63,999 bases of DNA, filler included, from Sanchytrium tribonematis (GCA_018985235.1; 6 parts of 6 records of this genome joined end to end with filler, not necessarily neighbours in it); one strand, 5' to 3'; shown: positions 1-12,343, counted from the first letter of the whole stretch. Translations and numbers: made by a program. Notes: generated by a model from the sequence alone, not told the origin.

Positions 1-64
1 CAACAATGACAACATCGTCGTCAGACTGAGAACTTATAGACTTGGCAATTCTATTGAGAGACAT
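1..64 (-). CDS. 5' fragment of a probable 3-ketoacyl-CoA thiolase (runs off window start)
   Basis: Manual translation MSLNRIAKSISSQSDDDVVIV; DDVVIV is the typical thiolase N-terminal motif; only 21 codons visible. Confidence 0.45.
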   Translation of the reverse strand, partial: MSLNRIAKSISSQSDDDVVIV

Positions 65-90
65 TGTTCCAAAGCACCCCTCAAAATGAT

Positions 91-2149
91 TTATTCATGA
101 GATTTTTTTCTAAATTTGAGTTTATCGCTTTTGGCACGCTGCTCATGCATATCTTCTATATTATTAAGTGAAAATAACGAGGGACTGGGTATAAAAAAAT
201 TATTGGCAATAGCCTGCTTTGCTGTTAATCTCTTTTCAGGTTCAACATGCATAAGCCCTTTAATTAGTTCAATTTGATTTGATTCGAGCTCTCTCATCGC
301 CAGTTCTTTAACTTCACGTCGTTTTGATTCTCGACAATGTTCCGCAGAGTACAATAAAAACGACCAAGGGTAATCACATTTCTTTAAATAGCCAATATTT
401 TCGTCGGAAAAAAAATCTAAAAAATTACCGACAAGTTCCAGTTCTGAATTTCCTGAGAATGCGGATGTCATTAATAAGAGTTCATACAAGATGCACCCCG
501 CGGACCATAAATCAATTTCAATTCCATACTTAGTTGTTCCAAGAACAAGTTCTGGAGCACGGGTCCACAGGGTTACAACTCTGTTGGTAGCATTTAATTC
601 TTCAACTCCTAAAACATCAGGATTTTGTTTTCTTAAAACTTTAGCAAGTCCAAAATCTCCTATTTTTAAAATGCCACTAGAGTCAACCAAAATATTAGAC
701 AATTTCAAGTCCTATATTAATATTCATTACCCTATGTACAATGCCCTTGCAGTGGATATAATCAAGTCCTTGTAAGAATTGAAACATTATTGAACAAATC
801 AAATCTAGAGGCATTCTTTTTTCAAACGAATGCACCAAGCCTACTAGATCAAAATTGCAATAGTCTAACACTGAATAAATGGAGCTAGTACCAGCACCAA
901 TCTCATGCTGTTTACAGATATTTACGTGGTCGAGTTGCATTAGAAATTTTGCTTCGCGCATCGTAGTAGTTGGTATATGTCCATTATTCCGATTCGTTCG
1001 TTTCAATGCGACTTTTACTAGCTCGGAATCAAATGTTGGATAGGCTTTCCATACCTGGCCATATCTTCCTTGACCAATACAAGCCTCCCGCTTATATTTA
1101 CTTCCGAAAGTATTAGATGATTTGCCTTCATATTGTGGAGATGTCGGTGTGAATTTTGATTCTACATTGGTATCTTCTTTGATGTCGGAATCGTTCTGCT
1201 TCTTTATGTCAGTGGATTCTTTTCTTTTCTTACTAGGTTCTTCTACTTCGGCTTTGCGTTTGCTATTTTGAACTGGTGTTGAAAACTCTTTGCTAGACTC
1301 CACTTCAAGAGTCTCGACGTGACTTTCGTTTGCCTTGTGCATAATCGAGTTCTTTGACCATCCAGATTTAGATCTTGGAGCTCTTGGTTTTCGATAACGA
1401 CTGGCTGGTCGCGAATTTTGCTTGTTATCTTTACTTTCACTGGCATTATCTTTAAACGAGTCGACACTGAAATATTTTTGAGTCGTGACTTTCTCCGGTG
1501 AGATTTTGTTTTCCATCTCTGAATTTTCTAGCTTTTCTGTGTATTTTTCGTCTTTTGATCGAGCAACCGGGCTTTGAATTTGACGAGTCTCGTTTGGTAG
1601 CGTTCTTAAGTTCGATTCTATTTGATTTCTAATAATTTCTCTAGCTTGGGATCTTAAATTTGGTTCGAATCGCCTCCTACCACGCTCGTTTGAATATGAA
1701 TTTTGATTTGGTCTATTATTAGTTTGTCGGACATAATCTATACTCTCTTCAAAATATCTATCGTGGGGCCTATTGTTAGTATGCCTATTCCTCTCGTCCC
1801 TTAAATAAGTACTTCTATTGTCGCGACCACCTCCACCCTCTTCGTACCTTAATCTACCTTCATTGTTTCGATTATATCCAGATCTATTGTCAATGTATCT
1901 GCCTCTTCCTGGCGATTCCTCATTTCGACGAACATCCCTAGCCCTATTCTGATTCCGGTCATCATATGAACGGCCCCGAAATAGTCTTTCGCCTCTATCC
2001 TCAAAATACTGTGCTCTATCGCCGCTTTCGCTATAATAGTGAGGTTGTTCATTTGACCTAAGAGAATTGCTTCTTATGTTCGATTGGTTATTGCTAGAGC
2101 CACCAAATCTGCTATTGTAATGTACTCGTCCTCTGTTCCTGTAACGCAT
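91..2149 (-). CDS. CTD-kinase-type cyclin-dependent kinase (CTK1/CDK12/BUR1-like), R/N-rich N-terminus; join(731..2149,91..711), 679 aa
   Basis: GQGRYG loop, PTTTMRE, DFGLAK, TNRVVTLWTRAPEL; removing a 19-nt intron restores HRDLK. Confidence 0.85.
712..730 (-). other. 19-nt spliceosomal intron GTAATGAATATTAATATAG
   Basis: Excision joins CAT AGG | GAC TTG AAA = HRDLK catalytic loop. Confidence 0.93.
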
Positions 2150-2305
2150 AAATTAAAACTCCTTTGTGTAGAATTTATATTTCTGAAAACGAAATTTTCA
2201 GAACCAGTGATGAACAGAATTTACGAATATGTTTGACATTGATAAATGAAGCACTGTAACGATAATTTCATTAATTTATAGGAGTATTCAGAAACATTAT
2301 AATTT

Positions 2306-3979
2306 ATGCTATCGTTGTTGGACAAAGGCAATTTGGCTAGATCATTAAAGCGAAAAATAATATGTCACGTTGGTCCTACAAATTCTGGAAAGACGCACAA
2401 TGCATTGGAACATCTTATGAAGTCCAAGGGTGTCTTTTGTGGACCGTTAAGATTACTCGCATTCGAAAGTTATAAAAAAATGTTAGATCAAAATTGTAGG
2501 GTTAATTTGATTACTGGAGAGGAACGGATCGAAAATTTTAGTCCAGCGCAGGTACACCAAGTTTGTTCCACGGTTGAAATGGTTAATACAAATAGAATAG
2601 TCGATGTTGGAATTATCGATGAGATTCAAATGATTGGGTGTACTCAAAGAGGTCATGGGTGGACTAGAGCATTGCTCAATTTGCCAGCACAATATTTGTA
2701 TCTATGTGGAGAAGAAAGAGCTTTACCAGTCATTAAAAAGTTGGTAAAGAAATATACTGATGATGAAATTACAGTAATTCAGCACGAGCGATTTGGTGAG
2801 ATCAGGTTTGAGAATCAAACCACATCTTTAAGTAAGTTAAAGGCAGGAGACTGTGTTGTAGGTTTTAAAAGAAATGATGTTTTTTATTTTAAAAGAAAAC
2901 TAGAGGAAAGAGGGCATAAAGTTTCTGTCATTTATGGGGATCTTCCTCCAGAATCAAGGGTCGAACAAGCAGAATTATTCAATAGCGGTGTCCATGACAT
3001 AATTTGCGCAACTGATTGTATAGGTATGGGTTTGAATCTAGAGATACAAAGAGTAATATTCGCTTCTAACCTGAGATTTAATGGTGTTTCTGTTATTCCT
3101 ATTAGTGACCCAATGGTTCGTCAGATAGGTGGTAGAGCAGGTCGACATTCTTCCAAGGTAAAAAATGGCATAATAGGCGCATTCCATCCTGAAGTGCTTC
3201 GATTCGTTGAAGAACGCTACAATTCTAAACCTCAAGATATTGAGCAAGCCGTAATAAGTTTCACCCAAGAAGACTTAATTGAACTGAAAGCTAAATACCC
3301 ACTGGATAATGTCAGGCAGCTTTTGAACAAATTTTTTTCGACAAAAATTGATTCTGATTTTATTTGGCAAAACCATGATGGTATAGACAAAATTTCAGAG
3401 ATGCTTTCTACTTTAAACTCAATTTCCGCAAGAGATCTATTTAGTTTTCTGCAAGCTCCAGTCAAGTTGAGATTTAAGACTACCTTATCTGAAATATTTT
3501 TTAAAGAAATCTTGCTTAAATTTAATGAAGGCAAATTCGCAGATCCTTTTAAATTTTTAACAAGCAGTAGTCTAGTTGCACAAGCCAATCTTCTATCTAG
3601 ATCAAGAATTAATTTATGGGAAAAATATGTCGAAGCAAATACGCACAGCATTAGATCCTTTCATGTATTGCCGTTGAATTTAAAAACCGATTTTAATTCA
3701 AATAATTTATGGCAGCTTTTTTTGCCATCTAAAAAATATTATTCAATTCAAAGTGGGCAAATTTTAGAGCAGATTTATACTTGCCTAAATTTATATCTAT
3801 GGCTTAGAAACAGATTTTACTTTCATCCAACGTTTAACTACTCATCCTGTAAAATTCCAACTCAATCGGATATAGAAATCACATCCAGATTTTTAGAAGA
3901 TGGCAGGAAACACATTTCGAAAATGTGCTCATTAAGTTTGAAAAAACCTATATCTATCTCTTTTCAGAGAGCTATGTAG
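2306..3979 (+). CDS. SUV3: Mitochondrial RNA helicase Suv3
   Basis: HVGPTNSGKTH, GPLRLLA, IDEIQMI, IGMGLNL, QIGGRAGR motifs. Confidence 0.92.
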   Translation: MLSLLDKGNLARSLKRKIICHVGPTNSGKTHNALEHLMKSKGVFCGPLRLLAFESYKKMLDQNCRVNLITGEERIENFSPAQVHQVCSTVEMVNTNRIVDVGIIDEIQMIGCTQRGHGWTRALLNLPAQYLYLCGEERALPVIKKLVKKYTDDEITVIQHERFGEIRFENQTTSLSKLKAGDCVVGFKRNDVFYFKRKLEERGHKVSVIYGDLPPESRVEQAELFNSGVHDIICATDCIGMGLNLEIQRVIFASNLRFNGVSVIPISDPMVRQIGGRAGRHSSKVKNGIIGAFHPEVLRFVEERYNSKPQDIEQAVISFTQEDLIELKAKYPLDNVRQLLNKFFSTKIDSDFIWQNHDGIDKISEMLSTLNSISARDLFSFLQAPVKLRFKTTLSEIFFKEILLKFNEGKFADPFKFLTSSSLVAQANLLSRSRINLWEKYVEANTHSIRSFHVLPLNLKTDFNSNNLWQLFLPSKKYYSIQSGQILEQIYTCLNLYLWLRNRFYFHPTFNYSSCKIPTQSDIEITSRFLEDGRKHISKMCSLSLKKPISISFQRAM

Positions 3980-4066
3980 CATTTTTCATAATATAACAGA
4001 CACTAAATAAAGCCATTCAAGTCGATTTTATACCAAGTTTTATTGCAAAATTTATGTTTGTGAAAC

Positions 4067-4915
4067 ATGGAATTTTCAAATGAAATTTATGATTTGTATC
4101 TTAGATCCAAGGAAGTCGAAGAATTTCACAGTTCTACTCTTGAAGAAAACCAGAGACTTCGTACTGAATTAGATGAAGTCAAGTCCGCACTCGCTCACTC
4201 AAAATCTGTCTCTAGTAAACTAAAAGAATTATCTATCATGTTACTTAAGTTTGTTCCCGCTGAATCTCAAGGCAAGTTGCAGCAGATACTCACGCAAAAC
4301 GTAGGCGATGACTTATTGTCGCCCAAATCAACTGGTGATGACTCTGAAAATCAATCTGAAGAATCAACAAGAGTAGATATCGAAGACCTTAATGATCTTT
4401 TAGAAATCAAACCTGCCAAAGCGAAAATTATAGAAACATCAAAACCTGAACCTATAAGACTCATTGGATCAGACGAATTGGATAATGATATTACAATTGT
4501 CGAAAACGATGACATTGTCTTGCTTAAAAAAGATACCCCCACTGCATTCTCTAGGCTTATTGAAGGTTCGAGAAAAGTCAATTGGAAAAAAGCCGAAAGA
4601 GTCCTTACCGAGAAAGAAAATGATAATCAGACATTGAGCAAAAGGAAGCAGCAGTTTCGAAAAGTAAAATCGGGCACTTTTACCAACAAAAAACACAAAT
4701 GCGAAGAAAAAATCAATGAGCCTGTTAGAAAAAAAGAAGAAAGGGCAAAGTTAAATGGCCATCATCAAGGATGTTGCGAAAATTATTACAATGCAATTAA
4801 TGATGAAGATCAAGTGGACCACCATGTGCATGACATATCAAGGCATAGATCTAAATATACCGAACCAAATACGCCACCTGGATTTTGGGATACCACCTTT
4901 CCCCCTACTCAATAA
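4067..4915 (+). CDS. Sae2/Ctp1/CtIP-like DNA end-resection factor
   Basis: N-terminal coiled coil; C-terminal CCENYY...ISRHR...TPPGFW signature. Confidence 0.8.
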   Translation: MEFSNEIYDLYLRSKEVEEFHSSTLEENQRLRTELDEVKSALAHSKSVSSKLKELSIMLLKFVPAESQGKLQQILTQNVGDDLLSPKSTGDDSENQSEESTRVDIEDLNDLLEIKPAKAKIIETSKPEPIRLIGSDELDNDITIVENDDIVLLKKDTPTAFSRLIEGSRKVNWKKAERVLTEKENDNQTLSKRKQQFRKVKSGTFTNKKHKCEEKINEPVRKKEERAKLNGHHQGCCENYYNAINDEDQVDHHVHDISRHRSKYTEPNTPPGFWDTTFPPTQ

Positions 4916-4941
4916 ACTTTAAAAAATACTGAAACATTTTC

Positions 4942-5791
4942 ATGAGTGAAACTAAGACTAGTAACTTTAGAAATCAAGCAATTTCTTTTCTTTCTGGCGG
5001 TGGTGGTGGAGTGGCACTAACTCTAGTGGGCCATCCATTTGATTTGGTTAAAGTCAGGGTACAAAACAGTTCTTCTTCAGTAACTCAAGTTGTTTCGGAA
5101 GCATATAAATCTGGCGGCATTAAAGGATTTTATAGAGGAATATCTGCCCCAATAGTGGGAGTTACTCCAATCTTTGCTGTATGTTTTTGGGGTTATGAAG
5201 TGGGAAAGGTAAAGTTTATTCATATAGGACTTTTCTAGGACTCTGTGGGGAAAACAAGATTTAGACATAAATATGATAATGTTTGCTGGAGGATTTAGCG
5301 CTCTGCCAACCACACTTCTGATGACTCCAATTGAACGAGTTAAGGTAATGTTGCAAACTCAGGCAAATTTAAAAATTGGAGATATATTTAAGCAGACTGG
5401 CGTACGAGGTTTATACAAAGGAACAATGGCCACTTTACTGCGTGACTGCCCAGGTTCAGTTGCTTACTTTGGTGCATATGAAGTAGTCAAAAAATGGCTA
5501 ACTCCAAGTGATGGTACATTAAGCATTCCGGCAGTATTGACAGCAGGTGGTTGCGCTGGTATTGCCAATTGGGCTGTTGCAATTCCGGCCGATGTTCTTA
5601 AAACTAGATTACAGGCTTCGTCCCACTCCTCAATTGTTGCGGTTTTCAATGAGTTAATTGCAGCTGAAGGATTTAAAGGACTTTTTAGAGGTTTGGGTCC
5701 TGCAATGTTAAGAGCATTTCCAGCCAACGCTGCTTGCTTTTTAGGAGCAGAAGTTACCCGATCAGCCTTGAATGGAGTGTGGCCAGCGTGA
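4942..5791 (+). CDS. Mitochondrial carrier, carnitine/acylcarnitine (CRC1/SLC25A20)-like; join(4942..5208,5228..5791), 276 aa
   Basis: Three Px[DE]xxK carrier motifs (HPFDLVK, TPIERVK, IPADVLK), RAFPANAA; frames joined by a 19-nt intron. Confidence 0.88.
5209..5227 (+). other. 19-nt intron GTAAAGTTTATTCATATAG
   Basis: Excision puts exon 1 in frame with the 5273..5791 ORF (15 open codons in between). Confidence 0.88.
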
Positions 5792-5821
5792 ATAATAAAT
5801 CAGTACTGAAACATTCGCACA

Positions 5822-6688
5822 ATGACTTCAATTGATGTTGCGACATTATTATCGAAAGCAACACTAACACTAGACGAAGCACTTTATGAGAAGATTTTAG
5901 ATAAATTACGTACATTACCAAATCCATCTTGGGATATAATCGAAGATGCAATTACCCAAGGGTTGATTTCAAAAAATCCGCAAGTGGTTGCCACATTTAT
6001 TAGATATATCAGCTTATTTGACAGAAAGTTTGAGTTTGTGCCATGGTTATATAACGAAAACATATATGTTCGTTCTGCTGCACTGGATTACTGTATTCAA
6101 AAAAATTCATGTCTTACGGTGGAACAGTTCGAAAATCTTTTTAAAGAAAAGTCTTTGTACAATCAAGAAAAAATCGCTCGCTTGCTACAACTCTCAGACT
6201 TTCCTATGAAAAGGGTTATTTTGCTGCTACAAAATGTGGAAGAATCAGTGATATTGATTAAATATATAGAAATGTATTCAAAATTTGACGACACTCAATT
6301 TCATATTTTGTGTCGTTATTTTTTTGTTGGAGATATGGAATTACGAAGAGAAGTTGCAAATACACTGCTTAGTATTACAAGCAAATGTAGTGTTGATTTT
6401 TTCGAGTTAATATTAAATGCCATTTATATTCCTAGTCAATTTATGAATATTGATAATGAATCCAATTTTTTAATTCTCCAGACATTATTTACTGTTCGAG
6501 GACATCATGAGGAAAAATTGCTAATTTTGAAAAAGCTTTCGTTATCAGTTATTTACCAAATATTTACAAGATTACAGAAAATCGAGTCATCGGTAAAATT
6601 TATAATTGAAACACTTGCCTGCTATTCTAACATAGCATCAATTGAAGTTCTTCCTATAATTCACCACATTAAACTCCCTCACCAATTA
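5822..6688 (+). CDS. Hypothetical helical (HEAT/ARM-like) protein, 3'-truncated at contig end
   Basis: Open frame from ATG 5822 to the spacer; no recognised family. Confidence 0.6.
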
Positions 6689-6788
6689 NNNNNNNNNNNN
6701 NNNNNNNNNNNNNNNNNNNNNNNNNNNNNNNNTTAATTAATTAANNNNNNNNNNNNNNNNNNNNNNNNNNNNNNNNNNNNNNNNNNNN
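6689..6788. other. Artificial contig-joining spacer (N44-TTAATTAATTAA-N44)
   Basis: Same 100-nt layout five times; the core has stops in all six frames. Confidence 0.97.
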
Positions 6789-8231
6789 TCCCAATTTCTG
6801 TGCGAATTGAATGAGATTTGAACAATCTGGGGAAATAATATTCGTCATGGTGCATTTGGTCTTTAATGTAGTCATTTGGTTTAGGTACATGACGTTATTT
6901 GACAATAAACATTTTGTAGTTGATGTAAAGCCTGTCAAATCTTTAATTTGGATTTCTTTAATTTGCGTATTCACGATTTCAAACTGAGTCATACTCGTAT
7001 TTACCACTAATTTGCCACTTAAAGAAGTGTTGGACATTTGAGCAAGTTTAATTGTGCTTGGAAATATCGGAGTTCCTCCTAAATACGAATTATTATATAA
7101 ATATAAATTCTTTAATTTTGAAGGAAAAAGACCCACTTCTCCACTTACATTGTTATTGGCAATCCCAAATTGAACGAGGGAGTCTGGTAGAAAAGAGGGA
7201 AAAGGTCCATTGATACTGTTAAAAGACAGCAAGATGATCGAGGCATTTTTTGGAATTGCAGTTGAATTTAATTGGCCTGTTAAATTCAATTTTTTAAATT
7301 CAAATTTGTCAACAACAGCATTCGGACCAGTGGTACAAAGTACATAATTGTTGTTATTTGTTGGCGTGGTTGGAGTTCTGTAGTCATAATTACAGCAATT
7401 GCTAGAAAGTCTTGCAAACATTTGGGGCTGTACCTGGTCCATATTCAGACCTCTTGCAAAATTTACTAGATCAGGACAATCATTGCTTAATAATCCTGTC
7501 ATTGTGCACTTTGTAGCAAGCGTAGCATCATAAAATATGGGATTTTTGGATATATCGCAACCTGCTAATGCTGCCATATTTTGAATGTTAAAACCAGTTA
7601 ATTGATTGTCTACCAACTTCAATGTGGTCACCGTACCCACAGTAATGGTTCCATTGAGTTTGTTTATGCTCAAATCCAAATAATCTAAATTATTTGTTAT
7701 TGTAAGATTCGTGCCAGTCAAACTATTGTTCTTCACAGTAACATAGGACAAAGTTGGTGGTAATGCAGGTAACTCACCAATAAAAAAGTTTGATTCTGCA
7801 TTGAAAGTCACGATATCTGTTGGAAGAGCCGGAATAACTCCTTCAAATAGATTGGAACCGATTTGAATATTCTTTAGATTGGGTTGAAATTGGGTTATAG
7901 TCCCATTCAAGAGGTTTTTTGTAGCAATAAACGTTGTTAAGGATGCAGGAAGGGTCGGCCATGTTCCAGTTATAAAATTGCTTCCAATATCTAGACTTGT
8001 GAGGGTTTCTGGGAGAGATGAGAAGTTCATAGGTCCGGACAGTCCCAAGTTATTAAAATTGATGGTCAAAATTGTGGTACCAGAGCAAGTTATTTGTGAA
8101 GCGGAGCAGCAATCGCTTTTCAATTGCGCGTAAATAACTGGTCTTGAGAAGTCCAAATTGACGGACTTGGCAAGACTCACGATATTGGAGCACTCTGCTG
8201 TAATGGAAAAGACTGAAGACCAGAATAACAT
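6789..8231 (-). CDS. Secreted/surface modular LRR protein, 3'-truncated
   Basis: Short hydrophobic N-terminus, LxxLxLxxNxLxGxxP repeats, three Cys-capped modules (ECSNIVSLAK, DCPDLVNFAR, DCSNLIQFAQ). Confidence 0.85.
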
Positions 8232-8703
8232 GACGTTCGAGCGGGTGGCTTTTATTTTTTGAAATTGTTTACTTGTGTTTCATTGGTTAGATCTAATTAT
8301 CGTAATAAATGGTAAGGACAAGGCTTTTTGAAAGTATTAAAAGAAGTTTTTAATCAGTAAATCAAAAATATTGACGCGTTTATTCAATTTTTAAAGGATC
8401 AATTTTCTGAGTCCCATATCGTTTTGAGCCACTTTTTAAAAGCCTTTTCATTACTTTTTAAAACATCTTTACCATTTCTTTCTGTAAACTTCTAAAGATT
8501 CACGCCCTCACACGTTGTCACATTCAGCTTTTATCTTTCACAATCAATTGTCTCAAAAATAGTTTCATTCATTCTATATGGTCCCATAAATCTCCTTTAC
8601 TACCCCATCTCTCTAATTCCCATTCTATCCAATTGATTGGCCAACCCACGTGCATTTCAATCGATCTCTACGCTCAAATGCCCCAGATTGCAATTGTTTA
8701 AAA

Positions 8704-11251
8704 ATGGTCAATTTTACCATTGAACAAATCCGTGAATTAATGGACAAACCCATTAACATCCGTAACATGTCTGTCATCGCCCACGTTGACCATGGCAAAT
8801 CCACATTAACAGATTCCCTAGTTTCCAAAGCAGGTATCATTTCCACTGGTAAATCCGGAGAAATGAGATACACCGACACCCGTGCTGATGAAGCAGAGCG
8901 TGGTATCACCATCAAATCCACTGCTATCTCCATGTACTTTGAAATGGCTAAAACCGACTTGGTAGATGTCCAAGAAAAGACAGAATCCAATGACTTTTTA
9001 ATCAATTTAATTGATTCCCCGGGTCACGTTGATTTCTCTAGTGAAGTCACAGCTGCATTACGTGTCACTGATGGTGCCCTCGTTGTCGTAGATACCATTG
9101 AAGGTGTCTGTGTCCAAACAGAAACTGTTTTACGTCAAGCATTAACAGAAAGAATTAAACCCGTTTTATGTGTCAACAAAGTCGACAGAGCCCTCTTAGA
9201 ACTCCAAATCGAGAAAGAAGAACTCTATCAAAATTTCCAACGTGTCGTTGAATCTGTCAATGTCATTATTTCCACCTATATGGATGAGAAATTAGGAGAT
9301 GTTCAAGTCTACCCAGACAAGGGCACAGTCGCATTTGGAAGTGGTTTACATGGATGGGCATTCACTCTCCGTCAATTTGCCAATCGATATGCTACTAAAT
9401 TCGGTGTTGATTCTGGTAAAATGATGTTGAGATTATGGGGTGAAAATTACTTTAATCCTAAAACTAAGAAATGGACCACTAAATCACAAGATGCAGACGG
9501 TAAGCCATTAGACAGAGCATTTAACATGTTTGTATTAGATCCAATCTACAAATTATTTGATTCCATCATGAATGGTAAATCTGAAATGGTATCCACCATG
9601 TTGGAGAAATTAGAAATCAAATTAAAACCAGATGAGAAAGAATTACAAGCTAAAGCACTTTTGAAATGTGTGATGAAGAAGTTTTTACCTGCTAGTGAAG
9701 CCTTGCTAGAAATGATTGTCATTCATTTGCCATCTCCACATAAAGCACAGCAATATCGATGTGAAACATTGTATGAAGGACCTATGGATGATGAATGCGC
9801 TATTGGCATCAGAAATGTAGATCCAAAAGCACCACTGATGTTGTATGTCTCTAAAATGGTACCAACCACCGATAAAGGTCGATTTTATGCATTTGGACGT
9901 GTCTTTAGTGGCACAGTCAGAGCAGGTCAAAAAGTGAGAATTCAAGGACCTAATTACCAAGTTGGTAAAAAAGATGATTTATTCATTAAATCTGTTCAAC
10001 GTACTGTTTTAATGATGGGTAGAGGTGTAGAAGCCATTGAAGATTGTCCAGCTGGTAATATCATTGGATTGGTTGGAGTAGATCAATTTCTAGTCAAATC
10101 AGGTACCATTACCACCAGTGACACAGCCCACAACATGAAAGTGATGAAATTTAGTGTATCCCCAGTCGTGCGTGTCGCAGTAGAAGCTAAAAATGCAAAT
10201 GATTTACCCAAATTAGTAGAAGGATTAAAAAGATTATCCAAATCAGATCCATGTATTCAAGTCCTTACTAGTGAATCTGGTGAACATATTGTGGCAGGTG
10301 CTGGTGAATTACATTTAGAAATCTGTTTAAAAGATTTAGAAGAAGATCATGCGTGTATCCCAATTAAAGTATCTCCACCTGTTGTCGCTTATCGTGAAAC
10401 GGTACAAGAATTATCAGATCGTACTTGTTTAAGCAAATCTCCCAACAAGCACAATAGAATATTCATGCAAGCAGCTCCAATTACAGAAGAATTAAGTCGT
10501 GAAATAGAAGCAGGTAAAATCACCCCTAGAGATGACCCAAAAACACGTGGTAGAATATTAGCAGATGACCATGAATGGGATTTAAATGAAGCTCGTAAAA
10601 TTTGGTGTTTTGGACCAGAAACCACTGGTGCTAATTTATTAGTAGATTGTACCAAAGCTGTCCAATATTTGAGTGAAATTAAAGATTCTTGCGTGGCTGC
10701 TTTTCAATGGGCTACTAAAGAAGGTGTATTATGTGATGAAAATGTGAGATCTGTCCGATTTAATGTATTGGATGTGGCATTACATGCAGATGCCATTCAC
10801 AGAGGAGGTGGTCAAATCATTCCAACGTGTAGACGTGTCTGTTACGCATCTATGTTGACTGCTAATCCATGTTTACAAGAACCTATTTATTTAGTAGAAA
10901 TACAATGTCCAGAACAAGCCATGGGTGGTATTTATGGCGTATTAAATAGCAGAAGAGGCCATGTGTTCTTTCAAGAACAGAAAATGGGTACACCTCTTTA
11001 TAATATCAAGGCATATTTGCCTGTGATGGAATCATTTGGTATTTTTAATTTATTTAGGATTTAGTGCAGATTTAAGAGCAGCTACGGGTGGACAAGCATT
11101 TCCACAAAGTGTGTTTGATCATTGGCAATTAATGGGAACAAGTGCTATTGAAGAAGGTACTTTGGTGAATAAAGTGGTATTAGGCATTAGAAAGAGAAAG
11201 GGATTAAGTGAGAATATTCCAGGATTGGAGAATTATAATGATAAATTGTGA
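8704..11251 (+). CDS. EFT2: Translation elongation factor 2; join(8704..11038,11058..11251), 842 aa
   Basis: MVNFT start, AHVDHGKST, diphthamide motif [11 protein letters not shown]; intron removal restores ESFGFSADLR. Confidence 0.98.
11039..11057 (+). other. 19-nt intron GTATTTTTAATTTATTTAG
   Basis: Excision gives TTT G|GA TTT AGT GCA GAT and a full-length 842-aa eEF2. Confidence 0.95.
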
Positions 11252-11278
11252 GAGAAATAAATTTTATAAGAGTGATTT

Positions 11279-12343
11279 TTATTGAATTTGACGACTTGAA
11301 TGAATTGCGGCTGATTCTGCATTCTCAAATTCATCAGAAAATTCTAATTTTTTAATGATTTCCAATTCCATTTGTTTAAATTGTACATCTTTAACCCCAC
11401 TCACAATTAAATCACCAATTTGAAATGCTGTATTATCTAATGACCAGATATTGACAAATATTTTATAATATTCACGATTATTTATCACAATATATATAGC
11501 AGTTGTATCACCTGTATCACCGTATCCATTGTATCCACTTAAAACACCAATATATGCATACATTTGATTTGGATGATTTTCACCCAATGACTTTAAGAGT
11601 GGTACGGGATTGCCAAATGGATCCAAATTAATTTCAAATCCATAGTCATCTTTTTTGCCATAAATCTGCAGTTTATTCGGAATAGTGATTTCTTTATTCT
11701 GTACCCTTCTTACATCAAAATCATGGCTATAACAACTTACAACTGTACTTCCATCATCATGTGAAATTCTATTAATAAATTCCACCTTCTTTCGCACGCA
11801 ACCATTTGGAGCAGGCATTTGTGAGCACATTTCGATATAAGAATTGAAATCTGTGGATTCTAATCTTAAAATCTTTCCAAATGAATTTCCATTTTCAGAT
11901 TGGGGACTAAAAATAACCTTGGACGAGGTATATTGTCCATCTGCTAATTCACGACTAGCACACATCCAATTTAGTTGCATAGATAGCATCTTTTGAATAT
12001 AGCATTGGACCACGACTTTATTGCCTTTTTTTAATTTGAAATTTCTTTCATGAATAGTAGTTTCATATTGCGCATCAACATCACTAACTTGACCAAATGA
12101 GTATTTTTCATCTATCTCGTCGCTATTTATTTGAATAGTCGCTAATTTAATATATGACCCGAAACAATTCAAACAACCAGGCTTTTTATAAACAGACACT
12201 GTTGGTATTTCATCACTTTGAAATTGGACAATGTAAGGTCGCAAATTCATTCCTACATTTTTATTAAAATCATAAAGAAAATTGTATTTTTCTGATTTGC
12301 ATTGTAAATGAATACAAATGAAGATTGCTAAAATAAAAAGCAT
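11279..12343 (-). CDS. Orphan secreted protein, paralog A (probable start MLFILAIFICI)
   Basis: Signal-peptide-like N-terminus; shares motifs with neighbour 12443..13444. Confidence 0.7.
   Translation of the reverse strand: MLFILAIFICIHLQCKSEKYNFLYDFNKNVGMNLRPYIVQFQSDEIPTVSVYKKPGCLNCFGSYIKLATIQINSDEIDEKYSFGQVSDVDAQYETTIHERNFKLKKGNKVVVQCYIQKMLSMQLNWMCASRELADGQYTSSKVIFSPQSENGNSFGKILRLESTDFNSYIEMCSQMPAPNGCVRKKVEFINRISHDDGSTVVSCYSHDFDVRRVQNKEITIPNKLQIYGKKDDYGFEINLDPFGNPVPLLKSLGENHPNQMYAYIGVLSGYNGYGDTGDTTAIYIVINNREYYKIFVNIWSLDNTAFQIGDLIVSGVKDVQFKQMELEIIKKLEFSDEFENAESAAIHSSRQIQ

Noticed and set aside
2207..2260. GTGATGA C-box-like motif in the CDK/SUV3 intergenic region
   Set aside because: No D box (CTGA) or terminal stem at a suitable distance
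5209..5238. Alternative 30-nt intron using TTTTCTAG at 5238
   Set aside because: Leaves the downstream carrier exon out of frame; the 19-nt version is in frame and fits the consensus
6733..6744. TTAATTAATTAA palindrome repeated five times within N-runs
   Set aside because: Artificial six-frame-stop linker; genes on either side are not neighbours
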